The notes below the pieces were generated by a model, which did not search any database, had not been told where the DNA came from, and saw only the letters and a list, made by a program, of their open reading frames with translations. Below, in pieces: positions 1 to 7,422 of a stretch of 30,130 nt of DNA. The position numbers were made by a program, and so were the translations under genes. Source of the stretch: a virus. Lineage: Duplodnaviria > Caudoviricetes. Every line of letters begins with the position of its first letter. Position 1 is the stretch's first letter. The stretch is taken from positions 1 to 30,130 of IMG/VR virus record IMGVR_UViG_3300025296_000086; one strand, written 5' to 3'.

Positions 1-101
1 CCACTGCACCGTCCAGGTTGGACATGAGGGAGTGGCAGTCTGGCGGGTCTCGGACCCCAAGTCGGCCCCCGCACATATGAGTGCGGAGATGGCTCCCTAG
101 C

Positions 102-527
102 CTAGAATGGAATATCGTCATCCGGTGGTGGTGCCTCATCCGGTTCTTCCTCGTTTACCGGCGGTGCCACCTTGCCATCAGCTATGGCGATCAACATGGA
201 ACAGATCACCGTCGCCTCCGGTGCCGTCATCTCTTCCTTGCCCCCGGCCACCTTGATGAAGGCCTGATCGAAGGCCCTCAGGTAGTCGGTCCACTTCGCC
301 TGACCGTTCTTGGTTGCAGCTGCGGGACCACTCTTAGCACTGGGACTCCCCGCCACTGGTCGCGCCCACTTCCCGTTTATCTCCACCTCCATGGTGCCTC
401 GTTGTGGTTTGTCCCGTTGGACGAGGTTGAGCCAATCGTTCTCGTTGATTTTGATTCCCCAGTAAAAATCACCCTTGCTGGTCGTCTGACCTTCTCTTCG
501 TACTGCTACAATATTAATCGTTGCCAT
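102..527 (-). CDS. Putative single-stranded DNA-binding protein
   Basis: 141 aa, beta-rich N-terminus and an acidic C-terminal tail ending DDDIPF, the typical SSB tail. Lies in a recombination-type operon. Confidence 0.65.
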   Translation of the reverse strand: MATINIVAVRREGQTTSKGDFYWGIKINENDWLNLVQRDKPQRGTMEVEINGKWARPVAGSPSAKSGPAAATKNGQAKWTDYLRAFDQAFIKVAGGKEEMTAPEATVICSMLIAIADGKVAPPVNEEEPDEAPPPDDDIPF

Positions 528-627
528 CGTGTTTTCCCTTCTCTTTTATGTTTTTCTGAACCCACTCAATTGCGGCCCACACATCTGTGATCAGGCCGCG
601 CTTTACTCGTATGCCGGGTTGTTTCAT
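514..627 (-). CDS. Small hypothetical protein (37 aa)
   Basis: ATG at 627 right after the upstream gene's stop. Fills the gap and overlaps the start of the SSB-like gene. Confidence 0.4.
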   Translation of the reverse strand: MKQPGIRVKRGLITDVWAAIEWVQKNIKEKGKHDGND

Positions 628-628
628 G

Positions 629-979
629 TCACGACCCCTGGTGAAATATCCCCTTCTCGATTTTCGAACGCTCCAACGCCTTCTCACTCCGCTTTGCCTC
701 GTAAAAACTCCCAAGAGCATCGTAGCGAACCTTTTCTCTCAACGCTTCCGCTTTGCTCAAGACCATGTTCTTGACGTACTCCCGGTACTGCGTCGATCCC
801 CGCGCCAGGCGGTCCAACTTCGCCTCACTCGTCTTGCCATCATCCAGTGCGTTCATAAGGGAGGCGAGAAACGGTTTCTGATCTTCCTCCAGCTGATCAG
901 ATTTAAGTTTCGCCTCTACCCATGCCACGCCAGCTGCGTGATATTCGGTAACAAATTTACCCAGACTTCCGTTTTCCAT
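629..979 (-). CDS. Helical phage protein, possibly a UvsY-like recombination mediator
   Basis: MENGSLG start coupled to the upstream stop (TAATG), RBS AGGGAGGAG, 116 aa coiled-coil character. The family call is a weak inference. Confidence 0.55.
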   Translation of the reverse strand: MENGSLGKFVTEYHAAGVAWVEAKLKSDQLEEDQKPFLASLMNALDDGKTSEAKLDRLARGSTQYREYVKNMVLSKAEALREKVRYDALGSFYEAKRSEKALERSKIEKGIFHQGS

Positions 980-1911
980 TATTGACTCCTCCCTTCTACG
1001 ACCCAGATGGGCCGTCCGTTTTGAATCTCCAGCTCCGCTCCCAGACACTCGCGGATATGGGGGCAGTAGCTGCACGGGAACCCGGCGGTGCGTCTTCCGG
1101 TCTCGAACGTGAACCAGGCACCGGCCATGCTGATGGGTCCACCGTAAATCTTTTCCATCTCTGTCGCCTTCGCCTTGCCCTGCACCTTCACCACCTCGTT
1201 TTCGATCACCCGCACACCGGAGGCGAGATTGTCACGCTCAGTCACGTTGGCAAGACGCTTGAACTTCTCTCTGACCTCTGTCTCTACGCTCTCATCAAAC
1301 GGGGTCTTGATCTCAGCGATCAGGAGCGGATCGTTGACCGCCAGCTCCAGAGGATCACCCCCGTATCGTTGCACAATGACCGTTTCAGCCACGTTACGGT
1401 CAAAGATGACTTCCACCATGTGAGAGGTCTCTTTCCTGTAGCAGATGAACACCACGGGGTTGAAGGAGGTGCCTACGGCGTAGACCCAGGCCTGGCAGAG
1501 GTAGGTGCGGTCAATTTCACCCTTGAGTGCTCTGTCGAACGCATAGTCCGACATGGTCTTGATCTCCACGATCCCGATCTGGCCGTCCTCGCTCTGGAAT
1601 GCGCCGTCGGGGGTGAAACTCACATTCACGCCATTGATCTGGCAGTTGTTAGCCCCCAGTTCATCCAGGTTCAGGAACCGATCCCCGAGTGCAGCCTTGA
1701 AATCGATCTTCAATCCCTTGTCCAGGTGCGTCCCATGCCTAAACACGCTCAACCGGCGAGGGGTGAGCGGAGCACCCTTGACCCCTATCTGGTCGTAGCC
1801 CAACCGCCTCTCGCAGTAGCCAGCGGAACTGGCCCTAAAAACATTGCGCACTTCGGCATTCAGAAGGTCGGCTTCAGTTCGGTACAAATTCTCTAAAAAT
1901 TCGATAATCAT
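979..1911 (-). CDS. Cas4-like PD-(D/E)XK exonuclease (phage recombination nuclease)
   Basis: RBS GGAGG before ATG 1911. Motifs: ASSAGYCERR (first Cys), HGTHLD, TPDG...VEIKT, QAWVY, and C-terminal CSYCPHIREC. This 1+3 Cys arrangement is typical of Cas4/AddB Fe-S nucleases. Confidence 0.85.
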   Translation of the reverse strand: MIIEFLENLYRTEADLLNAEVRNVFRASSAGYCERRLGYDQIGVKGAPLTPRRLSVFRHGTHLDKGLKIDFKAALGDRFLNLDELGANNCQINGVNVSFTPDGAFQSEDGQIGIVEIKTMSDYAFDRALKGEIDRTYLCQAWVYAVGTSFNPVVFICYRKETSHMVEVIFDRNVAETVIVQRYGGDPLELAVNDPLLIAEIKTPFDESVETEVREKFKRLANVTERDNLASGVRVIENEVVKVQGKAKATEMEKIYGGPISMAGAWFTFETGRRTAGFPCSYCPHIRECLGAELEIQNGRPIWVVEGRSQ

Positions 1912-2037
1912 TTTTCCTCCTGATTTTTTTTTCTTGCGTTTCAGTTCGGCCAGCAGTACAATAACGACCCTGCCACGCGCCTTCTGGGGTTCCCCTTTCA
2001 CGCCTGGGGGAACCCCTTCCCCTGATTAGTTCAACGC

Positions 2038-2253
2038 CTATGCCTTAAAGTTTCCAGAAAAGGGATCAAACCTGCGGGCATCCTTCAGCTGGATGACTGC
2101 CTCTCGACCAACCCCAGGATGATGCCCTGCGAGGCATTCCAGGCACCAGCCCTGAAAATAATCCGCGTGTGAACACGCACAATCCAATACCAGCTGACAT
2201 CCGCACGGGCAGCTGCAAGCGTGGTTATGACAGACACTAAGCATCCGGTTCAC
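2038..2253 (-). CDS. Cys/His-rich small hypothetical protein
   Basis: GGAGG RBS, GTG start overlapping the upstream stop, many CxC/CxxC motifs. Confidence 0.5.
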   Translation of the reverse strand: MNRMLSVCHNHACSCPCGCQLVLDCACSHADYFQGWCLECLAGHHPGVGREAVIQLKDARRFDPFSGNFKA

Positions 2254-2621
2254 CTCCGTTTTGGTAAGTCTTCCTTGAATGTGAAAGTATACTTCCGGTC
2301 AAATTCATCGTCTCGTAGCGCAGTCAATCGCTCTGCCCTCGCACCGGGGCAGTCGCAATCGTTCCTGCTATCTTCATCGTCGTAGACCTCGTTGCACTCG
2401 GTGCAGATCCACTCGTTCACGCAGACGATCTGAAACCCATAACACCACCGCTGATCGTCCAGGGTGAATTCGTAAAAGTTTCTCTCCTCCGTCAGCACCC
2501 CGGTGTACGTGTTGCCCTCGTGCTTCTCCCTGGTGATCTCGATCACCCTGGCAACGCGGGTGATGGTTTCGTTCGCCCGTTCGTACTCGACCTCGTCGCC
2601 TATTCTGATAGTGGCCTTCAT
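2250..2621 (-). CDS. Hypothetical protein (SH3-like N-terminus, CxxC zinc motif)
   Basis: Strong RBS GGGAGGAG, 123 aa, CTECNE...CDC. Confidence 0.7.
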   Translation of the reverse strand: MKATIRIGDEVEYERANETITRVARVIEITREKHEGNTYTGVLTEERNFYEFTLDDQRWCYGFQIVCVNEWICTECNEVYDDEDSRNDCDCPGARAERLTALRDDEFDRKYTFTFKEDLPKRR

Positions 2622-2670
2622 TTACTCCTCCCCTCGTAAAATGTGCTAGGCATAGAGCAAAAAAAGGGAC

Positions 2671-2853
2671 TCAGGAAGTTGCCTTAGCTCCCTCGTCCCT
2701 AACAATAATACCGATCAACTCGTCCCACCGTGTCGGGCATCCATCGCGCTCCCACTTGGTGACGATGCGAAGACTCACTCGAAGACGCTTTGCGAATTCG
2801 GGTTGTGTGAGCCTGAGTGTGGCGCGGGATTTTCTGATCTGTTTGTTTGTCAT
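2671..2853 (-). CDS. XRE/Cro-family HTH regulator
   Basis: IRKSRATLRLTQPEFAKRLRVSLRIVTKWE matches the HTH_3 pattern. Confidence 0.8.
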   Translation of the reverse strand: MTNKQIRKSRATLRLTQPEFAKRLRVSLRIVTKWERDGCPTRWDELIGIIVRDEGAKATS

Positions 2854-2876
2854 GTGATAGTTTATCCCGTTACGAC

Positions 2877-3065
2877 CTAAATATCCAGCACCTCCCGACA
2901 GCCTTCGAGGCATTTGTGTACATCCGATTGCCTAAATCGAAGCTCGCGGCCTAGTCGTATAGCAGAAAGGCCAACCGACCTGCGCCAATTTGGTTTGCCC
3001 ACTGTTTTCTTGCTGAGTTTCATAAATGCAGCGACCTCTTTCGTAGTGTAGATTGGCTCATCCAT
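2877..3065 (-). CDS. Excisionase-like (HTH_17) DNA-binding protein
   Basis: YTTKEVAAFMKLSKKTV...AIRLGRELRFRQSDV. Confidence 0.75.
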   Translation of the reverse strand: MDEPIYTTKEVAAFMKLSKKTVGKPNWRRSVGLSAIRLGRELRFRQSDVHKCLEGCREVLDI

Positions 3066-3099
3066 TTCTGTCTTGTGATACCTGATTGAGCTTCCAATC

Positions 3100-3127
3100 A
3101 CACTAGCAAAATGTGCTAGTATGTCAA
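3100..3127 (-). promoter_or_regulatory. Leftward sigma70-like promoter with an overlapping palindromic operator
   Basis: Minus strand: TTGACA (3127-3122), 16-nt spacer, TGn-TAGTGT (3105-3100). Palindrome ACTAGCA-N5-TGCTAGT at 3102-3120. Confidence 0.6.
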
Positions 3128-3200
3128 CCCTAAAATAATATTATTCAAAGATATTTTTAATTCACCCGTGATATCAGGTGGTTACAAGGCCAGAAAAACA

Positions 3201-3229
3201 TTGACCTGGGGTGTATCCGGGCGTATTCT
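3201..3229 (+). promoter_or_regulatory. Rightward sigma70-like promoter
   Basis: TTGACC (3201-3206), 17-nt spacer, TATTCT (3224-3229), with an AT-rich tract upstream. Confidence 0.55.
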
Positions 3230-3278
3230 ACCGTCACCATGCCAGCGGATGAGCATACCATCCTAACCTCCAATTATT

Positions 3279-3381
3279 CAGGACAAAGAACAGGGGCGGG
3301 TCCACCGTTAGGCTCCCACCGGACGGTGTCGTCGTTGGCGGGGAGGTATGCTCTCTCGACCCGTTCCCGTTGTTTGTCCTG
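3279..3381 (+). ncRNA. Candidate structured leader/antisense RNA (C4/P4 CI-like architecture)
   Basis: 3279-3302 pairs with 3358-3381 (24 positions, 2 mismatches, 2 GU). Inner helix CACCGT/ACGGTG. Internal GGTATGCTC is complementary to upstream GAGCATACC (3251-3259). Confidence 0.5.
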
Positions 3382-3514
3382 GGAAAAGAGTTTCGATTAC
3401 TAGTGGGCTACGGCAATATCTATAGAGATGGCGGACGTTGGGTTGTTGAGGCGAGCACCAGACACGTGCGGTTAGCGTTTCAGGAGTTGATTATGTATCA
3501 CAGGAGAATAATTT

Positions 3515-4249
3515 ATGTGGACAGAATACGAAGTTGAGTGGACGTTTGTCACTAAGCTATGCGCTTCTGTACCGGCAAACAAGAACATGATTGAGGCATG
3601 GCTGAAGGCGAGGCAACCAAGAGTTAAGCCACCGGGGAGTAAAACGATTGATGAGATCAACGAGGAGGTTGTCGAGAGTCTGAGGGAACCAGAGCAAGAC
3701 GAACAAAATTCCTTGCTGGTCTTTCAGCGTGAGGGCGGGAAGTGTGTTGTCAGAGCCGACACGGTTAGGGCGCACCTAAAGGACTGTTCAAAGGTATTGT
3801 CCCAACTTTACATAGGCAAGGTCCAGGGAGAAAAGTCCTTGGCCGTAAGAGTCAAGAATGGGGTTTACCTTGACCCCTCTAGTTACTGGCTACCGATCCT
3901 GAAAGACGAGGATGGCGCATACACTGAGGCCGATGGAAAAATGGAACGTCCTGTTCACGCTATCGGACCGAGGGGCATACCCATCAATGCCCTGAAGTGC
4001 TTTGAGTTCATTGAGCGAGCTGTTCTGACGTTCAGGTTAAGGGTGCTCGGTGACTGCGTAAAGCAAGAGGATTTGGAAACGATCATGGAGTATGGGGGAA
4101 CCCACGGTTATGCGGGAGAGAGGTCAGCGGGGGAGGGGAAGTATATGTTCAACATCATCAAGATAGAGGAGGGACGTAATGAAGGTGCAAAGACTAAAAC
4201 GGCTAAGGTCGGTCCGCGATCTAATCGAAGCTCACGAATCGCTATATAA
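3515..4249 (+). CDS. Stand-alone Cas7/RAMP-superfamily protein (Vipr-like)
   Basis: RBS AGGAG. RAMP-like layout: N-terminal strand YEVEWTFVTKL, VVRADTVRAHLKD helix, FEFIERAVLTFRLRV strands, and C-terminal Gly-rich loop GYAGERSAGEGKY. Confidence 0.75.
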   Translation: MWTEYEVEWTFVTKLCASVPANKNMIEAWLKARQPRVKPPGSKTIDEINEEVVESLREPEQDEQNSLLVFQREGGKCVVRADTVRAHLKDCSKVLSQLYIGKVQGEKSLAVRVKNGVYLDPSSYWLPILKDEDGAYTEADGKMERPVHAIGPRGIPINALKCFEFIERAVLTFRLRVLGDCVKQEDLETIMEYGGTHGYAGERSAGEGKYMFNIIKIEEGRNEGAKTKTAKVGPRSNRSSRIAI

Positions 4250-4421
4250 CGATCAGATAGCAGAGCGAATCGATTCTAAGAAAGCAGGGGCGATTAATAA
4301 CACATTGAAAGGGTCTGTCTACTTAAACACCAAATTGAAGCTGGACGTAGCCAAGCTGATTATTCAGGCCCGTAACAAACACATCAAGTTGCCAGCCAAC
4401 ATTTTGCCTACATTGAGATGA
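4179..4421 (+). CDS. Basic helical hypothetical protein (80 aa) between the RAMP gene and the array
   Basis: RBS GAGGAGG. Overlaps the end of the RAMP gene, and its TGA overlaps the first array anchor. Confidence 0.65.
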   Translation: MKVQRLKRLRSVRDLIEAHESLYNDQIAERIDSKKAGAINNTLKGSVYLNTKLKLDVAKLIIQARNKHIKLPANILPTLR

Positions 4422-4793
4422 AGTCGAGCAGTGTTGAGGCGCGAAATGAACAGGGGTGCTCTGTGTCGAAGTCGAGGTGTGGTCTTACATGGGATGGGGA
4501 GCCTTGAGCTGAGATGAAGTCGAGGGGCGTGATCCAATGTGACGGAGAGGGGTGAAGTGAGCTGGAATGTTTTGTTGTGAAGTCGAGCAATGATCCGTCG
4601 TGCCCTGCGGTGATCTGCGTTGAAGTCGAGCAGTGAGCGGGGGCGTTGTGCGACGCAGGGGCTTGTCGTGAAGTCGAGAGTTGATGTGCCGTGAACGGTG
4701 TTGCGCCGCAACGAAGTCGAGTCGCGAACCGCAGTGCCCTGACGCGGCGAGCGAGGGCGTGCCCTGAAGTGAAGCCGAGGAACGAATTGTATC
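4420..4793 (+). repeat. Non-coding anchored pentamer array (candidate guide-RNA array)
   Basis: GAAGTCGAG at 4420, 4468, 4516, 4579, 4622, 4670 and 4713, plus GAAGCCGAG at 4771. Periods 48,48,63,43,48,43,58 all equal 8+5n. Intervening pentamers fit G-N-N-N-Y. Followed by T8 at 4800-4807. Confidence 0.9.
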
Positions 4794-4834
4794 TTAGCAT
4801 TTTTTTTACCCCTCGATGGAGCAAGAGGTAAGTT

Positions 4835-4996
4835 ATGACCGCATTCGGGACAGTCTTTATTACAGCCAACCAAGCAGCGGAATTACTCAGGCTACACGTA
4901 AGAACGATTTACCGGCTTGCTAGGGCGGGTAAAATCCCCGCCTACAAGTTCGGGCATGAGTGGAGATTTATCGAGCAAGAATTGATGGGGGGGTGA
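4835..4996 (+). CDS. Excisionase-like (HTH_17) DNA-binding protein, 53 aa (absent from ORF track)
   Basis: RBS GAGGT. Translates as MTAFGTVFITANQAAELLRLHVRTIYRLARAGKIPAYKFGHEWRFIEQELMGG. Confidence 0.85.
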   Translation: MTAFGTVFITANQAAELLRLHVRTIYRLARAGKIPAYKFGHEWRFIEQELMGG

Positions 4997-5002
4997 AGCA
5001 CG

Positions 5003-5758
5003 ATGGCAAAGGACAAGTGGCCCTTCATGCAGTTTTACGTTGCCGATTGGATACAGGATACCCAGCTCCTGAGTCTCAAGGGAGAGGGGGCTTGGATCAG
5101 GATCATCTGTCAGATGTGGATAGCTCCCGAGAGGGGAGTCCTCAGTCTCACGCCCAGGGACTTTACGACTCTGTTACGATTGGATAACGATCACGATGCG
5201 GAAGTGATGTTGCACGAATTGAGCCGGGTAGGGGACGTTTACCCAACAAATAGGGAGCGGAATCACGCCGATACTTGGGCCACTATCGTCAATATAACCA
5301 TCACAAGCCGCCGTATGGTGCGTGATGAAGTGAAGAGAAAAGCCAAGCGGGACGCGGATATTAAGTACAACGAGAAGCGCACGAAGGGTAAACGATCAAA
5401 AAACGATAGCAAAACGACAGACATACTTCATACTTCAGAAGACATACTACATACTTCAAATAGGAAGAAGATAAGTCGTACAAAAAAACAACGAACCAGC
5501 TTCCCTGATGATTTTGTCGTTTCAGGTAGAATCTTACAACTCTCCAAACACAACCAATGGCCTGATCCGGTAGCGGAGCTGGAGGCCTTCCGCGATTACC
5601 ACAGTTCGAGGGGTTCGACGTTTCTGGATTGGGAGGCGGCGTTCAGAACGTGGCTACGAACCGGGAAGAGACTGAACGGGAACAAGAGACCTCAAACGAA
5701 GGGCGATCAGTCCATGGATAAACTTAAAAAGATTTTAGAATGGGGGGAAGAGAAATGA
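5003..5758 (+). CDS. Phage replication initiator (YdaU/DUF1376-like N-terminus, DnaT-like C-terminus)
   Basis: PFMQFYVADWIQDTQLLSLKGEGAWIRIICQMW at the N-terminus, FRDYH...DWEAAFRTWLR at the C-terminus, and internal DNA repeats. Confidence 0.8.
   Translation: MAKDKWPFMQFYVADWIQDTQLLSLKGEGAWIRIICQMWIAPERGVLSLTPRDFTTLLRLDNDHDAEVMLHELSRVGDVYPTNRERNHADTWATIVNITITSRRMVRDEVKRKAKRDADIKYNEKRTKGKRSKNDSKTTDILHTSEDILHTSNRKKISRTKKQRTSFPDDFVVSGRILQLSKHNQWPDPVAELEAFRDYHSSRGSTFLDWEAAFRTWLRTGKRLNGNKRPQTKGDQSMDKLKKILEWGEEK
5390..5460 (+). repeat. Probable origin iterons within the initiator gene
   Basis: Three AAACGA copies followed by tandem AGACATACT(T/A)CATACTTCA(G/A)A at 5419-5439 and 5440-5460. Confidence 0.55.
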
Positions 5759-6099
5759 CCAAGAGGGAGTTCGCGAAGGGGTTCGCGGTTTTGTTTGCGG
5801 CGTATTTTTACAGCCAGGAGAAGGTTAGCCCGGCAACCCAGGAAGCGTACTGGGTTGTGTTACAAGATGCACCGGCGAATAAATTTCACCTAGCGGTCAA
5901 GGAGTGTCTGGTGGAATGCAAATTCTTTCCATCAATCCATGAGCTGGTTACCAGGATGTTTCCGCCGGGTTTGAAGTTGGCACCGTACAGTCGCGGGGCC
6001 GGGAGTCTGATCCCGATGTCCTCGATGGAGCAGCTCCAGAAATGCACCGTGGCAAATGGCAAGGCGATAGAGGGTCCGCAAATGAAGGGGATTAAATAA
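5755..6099 (+). CDS. Helicase loader/inhibitor-like protein (G39P / lambda P-like position)
   Basis: ATGA coupling to the initiator gene. MTKREFAKGFAVLFAAY...YW..L.D...KFFPSIHEL pattern. Confidence 0.7.
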   Translation: MTKREFAKGFAVLFAAYFYSQEKVSPATQEAYWVVLQDAPANKFHLAVKECLVECKFFPSIHELVTRMFPPGLKLAPYSRGAGSLIPMSSMEQLQKCTVANGKAIEGPQMKGIK

Positions 6100-6629
6100 T
6101 GGCTTACAAACGCAAAACCGCAGGTAACGACGAGGAGTGGATTGGCCAGGAGAAGTGCCAGGAATGCCGCAGTACTAATCAGGCCAGGCGGCACGTACAC
6201 TTTCTCAAGTTCCCGACCAGTAGTTCATTGGCCGGTCACCTGAAGGAAGTCTTCGAGGACAGGGAGCTGAAGAACGACAGGGGTGACAACGGATTTATCT
6301 CTGGGATATGCGTCTGGTATCAGGCGATCAACCACCTCTACGGGGATATGAAAATGGTTCGCACCGATGGTGTGAAGATGCCTCTGTGGGAGGTGTGGTT
6401 GAGTCAGCAAACTGAGGCCCCTGCGATGGTGAACAGTGATGACCCGAGATGCGAGGACGAGGAGTACGCCAAGGAAGGATTCAGGCTGCTCAAGTTAGGG
6501 AACAAAACACACAAGACCAAGCTTGAGAAGGAATCCCTGATCGCCGGAATGAGGATGATGGAGACTACCTGGCCGGGAAAAGGATGGAGTAAAAACGCAA
6601 GTGAGCTGGAGAAGGAATACAGCAAATGA
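6099..6629 (+). CDS. Hypothetical protein
   Basis: TAATG coupling, 176 aa, one CxxC. Confidence 0.7.
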   Translation: MAYKRKTAGNDEEWIGQEKCQECRSTNQARRHVHFLKFPTSSSLAGHLKEVFEDRELKNDRGDNGFISGICVWYQAINHLYGDMKMVRTDGVKMPLWEVWLSQQTEAPAMVNSDDPRCEDEEYAKEGFRLLKLGNKTHKTKLEKESLIAGMRMMETTWPGKGWSKNASELEKEYSK

Positions 6630-6728
6630 AACCATGCTGGAGTTGCGGGACAACGACACCGGATTGCAGTGAAGACTGCGAGTGTGAGAAATGCATAGAC
6701 CCTGAAGGTTATGCGGAATGGAGGGAGA

Positions 6729-7157
6729 ATGAACCGGAGGAATATCAGGAATGGCTCTACTCTCAACGGAACGAGGAAGACTGACCAGGGCGATCTCTTC
6801 CCTCCACAAAAAAAACCAGGAGAGATCGATTGGACGATGAAGCTCCATGGATTCCCTGTAGGCGGTGAGACCATGGCCCGGCGTACGGACCCAGAAACGA
6901 GCCATGAAGCGGCCAAGGAATTCAAAGACAGTGGCCACCTCGGTGAGACCCAGAAGACTTTCATGGATGCGGTGAGAGACTACCCAGGAGACACTATTCG
7001 CGAGATCGTACAGGAGAGGCTTGGTGGGGATCTGTGGTCGATGGGTACCAGAGCCTCGGAACTGAAGCGCAAGGGCTGGGTCTACTACGGACAGAAACGT
7101 CCATGCAGAATTACGGGCAAGCCCTGCGTGACCCTATGGCCGGTGATCCGTGGATGA
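6729..7157 (+). CDS. Winged-helix hypothetical phage protein
   Basis: RBS GGAGGGAG. ARRTDPETSHEAA motif, then TRASELKRKGWV...RPCRITGK. Confidence 0.7.
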   Translation: MNRRNIRNGSTLNGTRKTDQGDLFPPQKKPGEIDWTMKLHGFPVGGETMARRTDPETSHEAAKEFKDSGHLGETQKTFMDAVRDYPGDTIREIVQERLGGDLWSMGTRASELKRKGWVYYGQKRPCRITGKPCVTLWPVIRG

Positions 7158-7341
7158 TCTTGTACTCAGGACGATAGGCACCGCACCGGTGGTGGTCAGC
7201 GTGATGATCGCAGGGTATCTCCTGGTCGGTGAATTTTCCTTTGTAAAAAGCACCCGAGACAGGTACCATTCAAAGAACATCGCCGCCTTCATCGTGTACA
7301 TCGCAACTATGCTGGTGGCCGTGTGGGAGGTATGGCATTGA
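7150..7341 (+). CDS. Small membrane protein with two predicted TM segments
   Basis: Two hydrophobic stretches. Overlaps the upstream stop. Confidence 0.55.
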   Translation: MDDLVLRTIGTAPVVVSVMIAGYLLVGEFSFVKSTRDRYHSKNIAAFIVYIATMLVAVWEVWH

Positions 7342-7422
7342 CGAGGAGTTAGGCGATTACTGCTATTCACGCTACTTGAGGGATCACTGGAAGAGAACAG
7401 AGGGAGCTGAAAGAGGTCAGAG

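Noticed and set aside
81-590. 169-aa plus-strand ORF
   Set aside because: Shadow of the SSB-like gene in a leftward operon.
982-1896. 304-aa plus-strand ORF
   Set aside because: Antisense shadow of the Cas4-like gene, with no motifs.
1987-2016. GGGGTTCCCC/GGGGAACCCC hairpin as a terminator
   Set aside because: The hairpin is real, but there is no adjacent U-tract in the leftward transcription direction, so its function is unsupported.
979-4249. Degenerate type I/IV CRISPR-cas operon (cas4 + cas7)
   Set aside because: The genes are divergent and separated by phage regulators. No cas5, cas6 or cas8 is recognisable.
4420-4793. Canonical CRISPR array
   Set aside because: The repeat is only 8-9 nt, spacers are internally patterned and vary in steps of 5 nt, and no cas1/cas2 is present.
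4364-4873. Minus-strand ORFs 4364-4873 and 4408-4869
   Set aside because: They are antisense to the operon, have low-complexity R/S/T/P/H translations, and overlie a 5-nt rather than 3-nt periodicity. They are best explained as by-products of the array's composition.
6281-6289. GGGTGACAA match to the concatenated variable triplets of array unit 3 (self-target)
   Set aside because: Only 9 nt match, which is expected by chance in 30 kb. I found no convincing in-window target by eye.
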